NCBI GenBank assembly: GCA_964603545.1
Contig: CAZRVD010000001.1
Coordinates: forward strand, 1,001-57,520
Reading direction: 5' to 3'
Length of the DNA: 56,520 nucleotides
Origin: an uncultured Candidatus Saccharibacteria bacterium
GTDB taxonomy: Bacteria > Patescibacteriota > Minisyncoccia > Phycocordibacterales > DATDWN01
Part shown: positions 48,497-56,520 of the stretch, piece after piece
Numbering within the stretch: the first letter of the stretch is position 1
Layout: the number at the start of each line of letters is the position of its first letter
Position numbers and translations under genes: made by a program
Notes under the pieces: generated by a model
What the model was told of the DNA's origin: nothing
The model's input: only the letters and a program-made list of their open reading frames with translations
Database searches by the model: none

Positions 48497-49504
48497 ATGA
48501 TAAAAGTTGCCATAAACGGTTTTGGAAGAATTGGTAGAGCCTTTCTTAAAGAATCTTGGGAAAGTGGTGAGCTAGAAGTTGTTGCTGTAAATGACCTTGG
48601 TAATGTAGACAACATGGCTTACTTACTAAAATACGATACCGTTTATAAAACTTGGAAGCACGACGTTGGGGTCAAGGACGGGAATCTTGTTATAGATGGC
48701 CGAACTGTTAAATTTGTATCTGAAAAAGAACCAACTAAACTTCCTTGGAAGGATTTAGGTATTGATGTTGTCGTTGAATCTACTGGTCTTTTCACTGCCT
48801 ATGATAAAGCCAGCGTCCACTTGGAAGCTGGAGCAAAGAAAGTTGTGATTTCCGCTCCAGCAAAAGGTGAAGGTGTGGGCGAGACGATTCTTATGGGTGT
48901 AAATGAAGAAAAGTTCGGCACTTGCAATGTTACTTCAAACGCATCTTGCACAACAAACGCAGCTTCTCCACTTATCGCAATACTCGATGAAAATTTTGGT
49001 ATCGAAAAAGCAATATTAAATACTGTTCATGGTTACACCGCTTCGCAGTCTCTCGTTGATGGTCCATCTAAAAAAGATTTAAGAGAAGGAAGAGCTGCTG
49101 CCCAAAATATTGTTCCATCTTCAACAGGTGCTGCTATTGCCGTGACAAAAGCATTTACAAAACTAGAGGGACTTTTTGACGGTATTTCCATTCGTGTTCC
49201 TGTTCCAGCCGGTTCTATTGTGGACGTAACTTTTATTTCTAAAAAGGAAACTACAGCTGAAGAAGTAAATGAGGTATTAAGAAGGGAAGCAAAAAATAAT
49301 AGGTGGCAGGATACTTTCAGTGCTACGGATGAAGAGCTTGTTTCTTCAGATATTTTAGGAAGTAAATTCGGTTCTATCGCAGATTTAAAAATGACTAGAG
49401 TAGTTGGTGGAAATTTAGTGAAGGTTATGGCTTGGTATGACAACGAAGCGGGGTATACTCATACACTTATCAACCATGTAATCAAAACAGCAAAATCGAT
49501 ATAA
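48497..49504 (+). CDS. gap: Glyceraldehyde-3-phosphate dehydrogenase
   Basis: INGFGRIGR, SNASCTTN, WYDNE. Confidence 0.97.
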   Translation: MIKVAINGFGRIGRAFLKESWESGELEVVAVNDLGNVDNMAYLLKYDTVYKTWKHDVGVKDGNLVIDGRTVKFVSEKEPTKLPWKDLGIDVVVESTGLFTAYDKASVHLEAGAKKVVISAPAKGEGVGETILMGVNEEKFGTCNVTSNASCTTNAASPLIAILDENFGIEKAILNTVHGYTASQSLVDGPSKKDLREGRAAAQNIVPSSTGAAIAVTKAFTKLEGLFDGISIRVPVPAGSIVDVTFISKKETTAEEVNEVLRREAKNNRWQDTFSATDEELVSSDILGSKFGSIADLKMTRVVGGNLVKVMAWYDNEAGYTHTLINHVIKTAKSI

Positions 49505-49508
49505 ATTT

Positions 49509-49775
49509 ATGTTAAATACTAAAAAATCTGCATCTATCGCACTTTCAGTTTTTATAACAATCAATATCATTGCTGCTTTTTATTGCGTTGCATATCTCTA
49601 TCCAGTTTTTTTTGTTTTATTAATAATACAGATTTATTTATTACTCAAAACATTAAAACAGTTTAATTTGACAAGTTTTGTGAGAATTTCATTAGCGTCA
49701 GTTGTTGGAACATTGCTTTTGTTATTACCACTTATTGTGACTAGCTTGTTTGGGATAAGTTGCCCACAAATATAA
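49509..49775 (+). CDS. Small hypothetical membrane protein
   Basis: 3 hydrophobic segments; tight operonic spacing. Confidence 0.55.
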   Translation: MLNTKKSASIALSVFITINIIAAFYCVAYLYPVFFVLLIIQIYLLLKTLKQFNLTSFVRISLASVVGTLLLLLPLIVTSLFGISCPQI

Positions 49776-50018
49776 ATGAAAAAAGTTTTATTAATTATTA
49801 TAATCATATTGATAATCTGTACAGGATATTTTTTTCTTAATTATAAAATAGAAACAGTTTGTTTCGGTGACGTGTGTCCTGATAATGGGGGGACATATGT
49901 TTTTTATCGAGAAAAATTAACAGAGGAAGAGTGTTTAGCCCAAGGAGATTATCCAGTGGTGGGAATTGGTTGGTCAAGAGTATATGCTGGATGTTCCCCA
50001 ATAAACTATAGTAAATGA
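49776..50018 (+). CDS. Small membrane-anchored Cys-rich protein
   Basis: TM followed by CFGDVCP..EEC..YAGC. Confidence 0.6.
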   Translation: MKKVLLIIIIILIICTGYFFLNYKIETVCFGDVCPDNGGTYVFYREKLTEEECLAQGDYPVVGIGWSRVYAGCSPINYSK

Positions 50019-50464
50019 AAATATATATTGGATCAGATCATGCGGGGTTTGGGGTTAAAGGGGAACTCATAGAGTACCTTAAGACTTTACCTTATGAATG
50101 CTACGACTGTGGTCCACATGAGTATAATCATGAAGATGATTATCCAGACTACATTTCTCTTGTTGCCAAAGAAGTCTCGGAAGATCCAGAAAACTCTCGC
50201 GGAATAATTTTAGGTTTTTCTGGTCAAGGTGAAGCAATGGTTGCAAACAGGTTTCCAAATGTTCGCTGTGCTGTGTTTTACGGAGGAACAAAACATATTC
50301 TCACTTTGTCTCGTGAGCACAACGACGCTAATATGCTCTCTATTGGTGCACATTTTGTAACAACACAGGAGGCGAAATCGGCTGTAGAATTATGGCTTCA
50401 TACAGATTTTACTAATGAGGAGCGTCACATTAGAAGAATTAAAAAAATAGAACAATATAATTAA
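50015..50464 (+). CDS. rpiB: Ribose-5-phosphate isomerase B family
   Basis: GSDHAG, DYPD, REHNDAN, RH.RRI; SGQG where many RpiBs have CGTG. Confidence 0.9.
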   Translation: MKIYIGSDHAGFGVKGELIEYLKTLPYECYDCGPHEYNHEDDYPDYISLVAKEVSEDPENSRGIILGFSGQGEAMVANRFPNVRCAVFYGGTKHILTLSREHNDANMLSIGAHFVTTQEAKSAVELWLHTDFTNEERHIRRIKKIEQYN

Positions 50465-50571
50465 GATACGAATATGAAAACAATTCAAAACTACGAATAT
50501 ATACGAATAGAATATACGGATGATTTTATTCGTAGTCATTCGTTATTTATTTAGATTTTAATTCGTATCTT
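50463..50571. repeat. Imperfect palindrome built of TACGAAT / ATTCGTA units
   Basis: AAGATACGAAT..ATTCGTATCTT ends; 3-4 TACG(A/G)AT units, then 3 ATTCGT units. Confidence 0.7.
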
Positions 50572-50572
50572 T

Positions 50573-51241
50573 ATGAAAGTACTACCTGCAATAATTCCAA
50601 TAAACAAATCTCAGCTTGAGGAGGAGATAAAAAAAGTAAGTAGCTTTGCTGATTTAGTTCAGATAGATATTTCTGATGGAGTTTTTACAAACACACGAAC
50701 TTGGCCGTACAACGGACAAGATAGAGATTATTTTGAGGAGTTGACCAAACAGACAGAGGGTTGGCCTAAGTGGGAGGAAGTAGATATAGAGCTTCATTTG
50801 ATGGTTAAAAATCCAGAAGATGTATTAGACGAGTGGATATCTACAGGAGTGTCCGCAGTTGTTTGCCATATCGAGGCGACAGAAGATTTTCAAAAAGTTA
50901 TAGATATGTGCCGTGCTAAAAATGTTTCTGTGGGTGTTGCAATAAAACCAAACACAGATATTGAAAAAATAAAAGATTTTATAGAACAAGTAGATTTTAT
51001 TCAAGTCATGGGTTCAAATGATCTCGGCAGACACGGGGTTACATTAGATCCAAAAGCAATTGAAGTAATAAAATCATTGCAGAAGCTTTATCCTGAGAGT
51101 ATAATTGCTATTGATATTGGTGTAACAGAAGATACTGAAGATATTTTAATTTCTGCAGGAGCGGATAAAATAATATCTGGTGGGGCGATACTGAATTCAG
51201 AAGATCCGAGAGGAGTTTTTGAGTTTCTAAAATCTCATTAA
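50573..51241 (+). CDS. rpe: Ribulose-phosphate 3-epimerase
   Basis: QIDISDG, ELHLMV, QVMG, IDIG. Confidence 0.88.
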   Translation: MKVLPAIIPINKSQLEEEIKKVSSFADLVQIDISDGVFTNTRTWPYNGQDRDYFEELTKQTEGWPKWEEVDIELHLMVKNPEDVLDEWISTGVSAVVCHIEATEDFQKVIDMCRAKNVSVGVAIKPNTDIEKIKDFIEQVDFIQVMGSNDLGRHGVTLDPKAIEVIKSLQKLYPESIIAIDIGVTEDTEDILISAGADKIISGGAILNSEDPRGVFEFLKSH

Positions 51242-51242
51242 A

Positions 51243-52142
51243 ATGTTAAACAATTTAACAGACGACAAAATAACGTTCCTTACAGAAAAAGCCAAGGAGA
51301 TCAGAATTTCTATTATAGAGATGCTTGTTTCAGCTGGTTCGGGACACTCCGCGGGACCTCTTGGTATGGCAGATGTTTTCACTGCTCTATATTTTTATAT
51401 ACTCAAACACAATCCAAGAGACCCATTTTGGGAAGAACGAGACAGGCTTGTGCTTTCAAATGGTCATATAAATCCAGTACTCTACGCAACTTTGGCGCAT
51501 GCAGGGTATTTCAGAGTGGAAGAGCTTCTGACGCTTAGAAAATTCGGCACAAGACTGCAAGGTCATCCTCACAGAGAATTTTTACCAATTCTTGAAAACA
51601 GTTCTGGTCCACTTGGAGCTGGTCTTTCACAAGCTGTTGGTATGGCAATAGCGGATAGAATGGATAAGGGAAAAACATCGGATAGGTTTTTTTACTGCTT
51701 ACTTGGAGATGGAGAATTGGATGAAGGACAAAACTGGGAAGCAATAATGCTTGCTTCAAAAGAAAAACTTGGAAATCTTATCGCAATAGTTGATAGAAAC
51801 AATATACAACTAGATGGAAATACAGAAGATATTATGCCACTTGAGTCCTTAGTGCATAAATTTGAGGCTTTTGGTTGGCATGTGGAAGAAATAGATGGAC
51901 ACAACTTTGCTTCAATTGTTGAGTCTGTTGGACGAGCGCAAGCGGTATTTGATGGACCAAGCGTTATTATCGCCAGAACTATTCCAGGGAAAGGGGTTTC
52001 TTTTATGGAGCGTGACTATAAATGGCACGGCAATCCACCAGGAACAGAGCTTCCTGGTGAGCCACCCAAAGAAGAGCAGGCGAAAATTGCACTTCACGAT
52101 CTTCGAACATTGGGGGGTCAGATAACCGGTGAACATGAATAA
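51243..52142 (+). CDS. Transketolase N-terminal subunit
   Basis: SGH, LSNGH, LQGHP, GDGELDEG..WE..DRN. Confidence 0.93.
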   Translation: MLNNLTDDKITFLTEKAKEIRISIIEMLVSAGSGHSAGPLGMADVFTALYFYILKHNPRDPFWEERDRLVLSNGHINPVLYATLAHAGYFRVEELLTLRKFGTRLQGHPHREFLPILENSSGPLGAGLSQAVGMAIADRMDKGKTSDRFFYCLLGDGELDEGQNWEAIMLASKEKLGNLIAIVDRNNIQLDGNTEDIMPLESLVHKFEAFGWHVEEIDGHNFASIVESVGRAQAVFDGPSVIIARTIPGKGVSFMERDYKWHGNPPGTELPGEPPKEEQAKIALHDLRTLGGQITGEHE

Positions 52143-52264
52143 AACTTCCAAATTATGAACAATCTCATCGTCTAAATTTTAAAAATATTCGTCACCTTAC
52201 TACTTGTAAGGCTTCTCATCTTTTTAAAATTTATACGTGATCTCGTCCAAATTTGAAAGTTTTA
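52140..52264 (+). repeat. ERIC-like long-hairpin element, copy F
   Basis: TAAAACTT/AAGTTTTA ends overlapping the tkt-N TAA; core TTCGTCACCTTACTACTTGTAAGGCTTCTC identical to copy B. Confidence 0.85.
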
Positions 52265-52290
52265 TATTTTCAAAATGGTATAATATTTTT

Positions 52291-53289
52291 ATGTTAAATT
52301 CTTCACAAAAATTAAATCCAAAACTTTTTGATAAAAAAGTAGACCAACTTCCGATCCGTCAAGGCTTTGGTGAAGGGCTCTTGGAGGTTGGAGAGAAAAA
52401 TTCTCAAGTCGTTGGTCTTTGTGCAGATCTTACAGAGTCTACAAAAATGCATTTGTTTGCTAAGAAATTTCCAGAAAGATTTGTACAAGTCGGAATTGCA
52501 GAACAAAACCTGGCTTCTGTTGCCTCTGGCATGGCCGCGATGGGTAAAATTCCTTTTATATCTAGTTATGCAATGTTTTCTCCAGGAAGAAACTGGGAAC
52601 AAATTCGTACAACTATTTGCTACAACGATAGGGCAGTAATAATTGCAGGAAGTCATGCTGGAATTTCTGTCGGTCCTGATGGGGGAACTCACCAAGCCAT
52701 AGAAGACATCGCCATAACAAGAGTTATTCCAAATATGGTGGTTATTTCTCCGTGTGATGCTATTGAAGCTCATAAGGCAACCGTTGCTTCGGTGGAACTT
52801 GGTAAACCGACGTATATTAGATTGGCTAGAGAAAAAACTCCAGTTATTACAACAATTGATACACCATTTGAAGTTGGTAAAGCACAAATACTATATGGCG
52901 AAGAAAAAGCTCGAGCAGATATCGGTATTGTGGCTACTGGTGCGTTAGTCTATAAGGCACTAAAAGTCGCAGAAACTTTGAAGGATGAAGGTATAAATGT
53001 AAAAGTTTTAAATATTTCAACAATAAAACCACTAGACAGTGAGGCTGTCGTAAATTTAGCAAAAACTTGTGGAGCAGTTGTAAGTGTTGAGGAGCATCAA
53101 ATTGTTGGTGGACTTGGTTCAGCAGTTGCAGAATGTCTATCGCAAAACTTTCCTGTACCGCAGGAATTCATTGGTGTTAAAAATCTTTTTGGTCAAAGTG
53201 GAAAACAAGATGAGCTTATAAAACACTACGAGATGGATGAGGAGGCGATAACTAAGGCTTGCAAGAAGGTAATTGGTAGAAAAATTTAA
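52291..53289 (+). CDS. Transketolase C-terminal subunit
   Basis: ADL, GIAEQN, GPDGGTHQ, TIKPLD, EEH..GGLGS; ATG 52291. Confidence 0.93.
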   Translation: MLNSSQKLNPKLFDKKVDQLPIRQGFGEGLLEVGEKNSQVVGLCADLTESTKMHLFAKKFPERFVQVGIAEQNLASVASGMAAMGKIPFISSYAMFSPGRNWEQIRTTICYNDRAVIIAGSHAGISVGPDGGTHQAIEDIAITRVIPNMVVISPCDAIEAHKATVASVELGKPTYIRLAREKTPVITTIDTPFEVGKAQILYGEEKARADIGIVATGALVYKALKVAETLKDEGINVKVLNISTIKPLDSEAVVNLAKTCGAVVSVEEHQIVGGLGSAVAECLSQNFPVPQEFIGVKNLFGQSGKQDELIKHYEMDEEAITKACKKVIGRKI

Positions 53290-53328
53290 AATAAAAACCG
53301 CCATATGGCGGTTTTTATTTTAAATTTT
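53281..53328. terminator. Perfect 48-bp palindrome / bidirectional terminator
   Basis: AAAATTTAAAATAAAAACCGCCAT|ATGGCGGTTTTTATTTTAAATTTT. Confidence 0.85.
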
Positions 53329-54321
53329 ACTTAACTTGTATTCTGCGGGAGCATTTTTTAGGTACTCTTCTAGTTTTTCACGCGTAAGTAGGCCTTTTTG
53401 CGCACCGACTTGTAGTGTTACTGACATGGCGTTTATTGGTGCCCAAGTTAGAGCTTCATCTAGTGTTTTACCGTGTATGAGTGCAGAAACTATTGTAGAA
53501 GCAAAGGCGTCTCCTGCACCCGTGCTTTCAAAAGGTGTATGTGGGTAAACTGGTATAAAGAAAATATCTTCGCTACTGGTGTCGTGTGAATAGGCGCCCT
53601 GGAATCCATCTGTAACCACAACTTTTTTTGGTCCAAGAGACACTAGACCTTTTATCAAAGTTTTTATATCGCGTGTTGTTTCTCCAAGTATTCTTTGTGC
53701 CTCTTCTACATTACAGAAAAATATTTCTGTATTTTTGTATATTCTCTCTAGTGCAACGCTCCCCATTTTTACTTGAAATGTTCCTGGTTGGAAGGCTAAC
53801 TTAGTTTCGGGATGCCTTTCCACGAAATCCATTACTTGCATTTGAAAATCTAAAGTGTTTTCTCCAAGCGAAGTAAGATAAATCCATTTTGGTACAGCGT
53901 TCATTTCGAAGTTGTATTTGAAGTGTTCATGTTTAACTAAAATAGTTCTGTTCGCTTCATACCAAAGTACATAGTGATAGTTTGTTTTGTTGTCAGGATC
54001 AACATGCATATAAGTTGTGTCTACCCTGTCTTTTTCCAATGACGCCAAACAGTCTTTTCCTTGTTGGTCACCGCCGAGGTATGAATATAGTGCGGAAGAA
54101 AGTCCAAGTCTGCTTACTGAAACAGCAGCATTGGCGCAGTTTCCAACAGCATAACAAATTTCTACTGATTCATAAGGAACCTTGTCTCCAAATCTAACAC
54201 ACAATTCGCACTCTTCACTATTTAGTTTGCAGTGCGTTGAGGCATCTTTTAGTCTAATAAAAGCATCTATCACAGTGTCTCCAATGGCCAGTAAATCTAT
54301 CTGTTTATTTTCATTATTCAT
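53320..54321 (-). CDS. PfkB family carbohydrate kinase
   Basis: G..ANAAV..SRLGL, N.EEA, VTDG..GA, STGAGDAF. Confidence 0.92.
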   Translation of the reverse strand: MNNENKQIDLLAIGDTVIDAFIRLKDASTHCKLNSEECELCVRFGDKVPYESVEICYAVGNCANAAVSVSRLGLSSALYSYLGGDQQGKDCLASLEKDRVDTTYMHVDPDNKTNYHYVLWYEANRTILVKHEHFKYNFEMNAVPKWIYLTSLGENTLDFQMQVMDFVERHPETKLAFQPGTFQVKMGSVALERIYKNTEIFFCNVEEAQRILGETTRDIKTLIKGLVSLGPKKVVVTDGFQGAYSHDTSSEDIFFIPVYPHTPFESTGAGDAFASTIVSALIHGKTLDEALTWAPINAMSVTLQVGAQKGLLTREKLEEYLKNAPAEYKLSKI

Positions 54322-54367
54322 GTGGAAATTATAGCATATGATTAAAGAGTCGTGCTATAATTTTAGG

Positions 54368-55234
54368 ATGAAAACACTAAAAGAAACTGTCTGGGAGGCA
54401 ATGGAGAAAAAAGTTGCGGTAGGTCATTTTAATATTTCTAACCTAGAGGCATTGTGGGGGATTTTCAGAGCTGCACAGAGTTTGAACGTTCCGGTTATTA
54501 TCGGAGTATCCGAAGGAGAGAGAGATTTTGTCGGGGTAAAGCAGGTTGTGGCACTTGTAAAAAGTATACGCGAAGAGTTTGACTATCCTATTTATTTAAA
54601 CGCTGACCATACATATTCGTTTGATAGGGTAAGGGAGGCAATAGATGCCGGTTTTGATTCAGTAATTATAGATGGCGCAAAGCTTTCTTTTGAGGAGAAT
54701 GTAAAACTTACGAAACAATGCGTGGATTATGCCAGAAACTGTGGGCGAGAAGTTTTGGTAGAGGCAGAGCTTGGTTACATAGGTCAGTCATCAAAAGTTT
54801 TGGATGAAATTCCAGATGGTGTGATGCTAGATGAGAGTTCGCTTACAGATCCAGCAAAGGCAAAGGAATTCGTAGAACTGACAGGAGTAGACATGCTCGC
54901 GCCTGCAGTTGGGAACTTTCACGGCATGCTACGTAGCGGAGTGGATCCAAAACTAAATATTGAAAGAGTAAAAGAAATCGCGGACATTACCGGAATTCCT
55001 CTTGTTCTTCATGGGGGGTCAGGAAATTCAGAGGACGATTTTAAACAGTCAATCGCAAACGGCATTAGTATTGTTCATATAAATACAGAAATTCGCCTAG
55101 CCTTCAGAGATGGCGTGAAAAAATCCCTGCAAGAAAATCCAGACGAAGTTGCTCCATACAAGTTTCTAAAACCTGGAATGAAAGCTGTGCAAGATGTTGT
55201 AGAAAAAAAGTTGCGTTTCTTTAATAACTTATAA
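54368..55234 (+). CDS. fba: Class II fructose-bisphosphate aldolase
   Basis: ADH, VEAELG, GNFHG, VLHGGSG, NINTE-like HINTE; ATG 54368. Confidence 0.93.
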   Translation: MKTLKETVWEAMEKKVAVGHFNISNLEALWGIFRAAQSLNVPVIIGVSEGERDFVGVKQVVALVKSIREEFDYPIYLNADHTYSFDRVREAIDAGFDSVIIDGAKLSFEENVKLTKQCVDYARNCGREVLVEAELGYIGQSSKVLDEIPDGVMLDESSLTDPAKAKEFVELTGVDMLAPAVGNFHGMLRSGVDPKLNIERVKEIADITGIPLVLHGGSGNSEDDFKQSIANGISIVHINTEIRLAFRDGVKKSLQENPDEVAPYKFLKPGMKAVQDVVEKKLRFFNNL

Positions 55235-55236
55235 CT

Positions 55237-56520
55237 ATGAAATTCACACATTCAGAGTTGCTGGATAAAATAAAAACTATTTTTGATGGAGAAGTTAATT
55301 CTGATGTTAAAACACTGGATACATATAGCAGAGATGCCAGTTTACTAGAAGTAAAACCAGAGCTAGTACTTTTTCCAAAAGACTCTAACGATATCCAAAA
55401 ATTAGTAAAGTTTGTGGGGGAAAACAAAAATGATAATCCAGCGCTTTCTATAACTGCTCGTGCAGCAGGGACATGTATGTCTGGGGGAGCACTTAACGAG
55501 TCAATTATTTTAGACATAACAAAGCACATGAGTGGGATGAAAGAAGTTACTCACGAAGAAGCAACAGTCTTGCCCGGAACTTTTTATAGAGATTTTGAAG
55601 AGGAAACGCTAAAACACGGTGCAATACTTCCGTGCTTCACGGCATCAAAGAATTTAAATACTGTGGGTGGAATGGTGGCAAACAATTCTGCTGGTGAAAA
55701 AACTTTGGCATATGGCAAGACAGAGGATTATGTTAAGGAGTTGAAAGTTATTTTTGCTGATGGAAATGAGTATGTTACAAAACAACTTAACAAAGAAGAG
55801 CTCGAGAGGAAAATATCACAAGGTGACTATGAGGGAAATATTTATAAAAATCTCTGGAATCTTATACAAGAAAATGAGCATGCGATAAAATATGCCAAAC
55901 CAGACGTGTCCAAAAATTCCGCAGGGTACTACTTATGGAATGTCTGGAACGGAAATACTTTTGATATCAACAAACTTATCACAGGCTCTCAAGGAACACT
56001 TGGAATAATAACAGAAATAAAGTTTAGATTGGTGAGAGTCAAAAAGAAGTCAAAACTTTTCGTTATTTTCCTTCGCAAACTTGACCACTTAAGTGAACTT
56101 GTAAATGAAATACTTCCTTTCAAACCCGAGTCCTTGGAGTCATATGATGACAGTACAATGAAGCTCGCTATAAAGTTTCTCCCTGCAATGATAAAAAGAA
56201 TGAAAATTCATCACTTTTTCAAACTGATGTTTGGATTTTTGCCAGAAGTGGGAATGATGATAACTGGGGGGATACCAAAACTAATTTTACTTGTTGAATT
56301 TTCCGATGATGATGAAAAAGAGATAGATAAAAAAATGTATGATTTGCAGAAAAAAGTCGCTCATTTTGGTTTGAAAACTAGAGTATCCAAATCAGAAGAA
56401 GAATCCAGCAAATACTGGACTATTAGACGAGAAAGTTTTAATCTTCTTCGCCAGCACGTGAGGGGAGCTCGCACTGCACCCTTTATAGATGATGTCTGTG
56501 TAAAACCACAGTACCTTCCT
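55237..56520 (+). CDS. FAD-binding oxidoreductase (GlcD/D-lactate dehydrogenase-like), runs off the window
   Basis: Absent from the ORF track; my translation gives YSRDAS, RAAGTCMSG, TVGGMVANNSAG, GSQGTLGIITE. Confidence 0.85.
   Translation, partial: MKFTHSELLDKIKTIFDGEVNSDVKTLDTYSRDASLLEVKPELVLFPKDSNDIQKLVKFVGENKNDNPALSITARAAGTCMSGGALNESIILDITKHMSGMKEVTHEEATVLPGTFYRDFEEETLKHGAILPCFTASKNLNTVGGMVANNSAGEKTLAYGKTEDYVKELKVIFADGNEYVTKQLNKEELERKISQGDYEGNIYKNLWNLIQENEHAIKYAKPDVSKNSAGYYLWNVWNGNTFDINKLITGSQGTLGIITEIKFRLVRVKKKSKLFVIFLRKLDHLSELVNEILPFKPESLESYDDSTMKLAIKFLPAMIKRMKIHHFFKLMFGFLPEVGMMITGGIPKLILLVEFSDDDEKEIDKKMYDLQKKVAHFGLKTRVSKSEEESSKYWTIRRESFNLLRQHVRGARTAPFIDDVCVKPQYLP

Noticed and set aside
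43554-52290. Upstream TTG/GTG starts at 43554, 47321 and 52237
   Set aside because: They begin inside the hairpin repeats; downstream ATGs match family starts.
1-56520. CRISPR array, integron cassette array, IS/transposase, DGR or rRNA
   Set aside because: No regularly spaced repeats, attC-type ends, integrase, transposase, reverse transcriptase or rRNA-like sequence seen.

Overview
An AT-rich bacterial chromosome segment using the standard genetic code. Gene content and style suggest Patescibacteria/CPR (Parcubacteria-like); this is an inference. Left to right it holds: envelope proteins; a CsoR-controlled copper efflux operon; a mannoside-scavenging locus (PMM, PMI cupin, three GH130 genes, GH125); MFS, rnj, an oppA-like gene, secG, lemA-TPM and a GGDEF gene; a nucleotide house-cleaning cluster around tRNA-Ser(GGA); an ~8 kb defence island (type I R-M with an ABC-ATPase gene wedged between hsdM and hsdS, then PD-(D/E)xK and HEPN-like genes); dinB behind a perfect 50-bp palindrome; a class Ic-type ribonucleotide reductase; and a gap/non-oxidative PPP/pfkB/fba cluster. 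Three solo GC-rich genes are scattered among these. The strongest signal not explained by genes is a family of six ~120-128 nt intergenic long-hairpin elements with compensatory stem changes and an ERIC-like core; five abut the upstream stop codon. Also notable: widespread leaderless gene architecture, tRNA 3'-end remnants marking integrations, and an unannotated 17-aa basic peptide.
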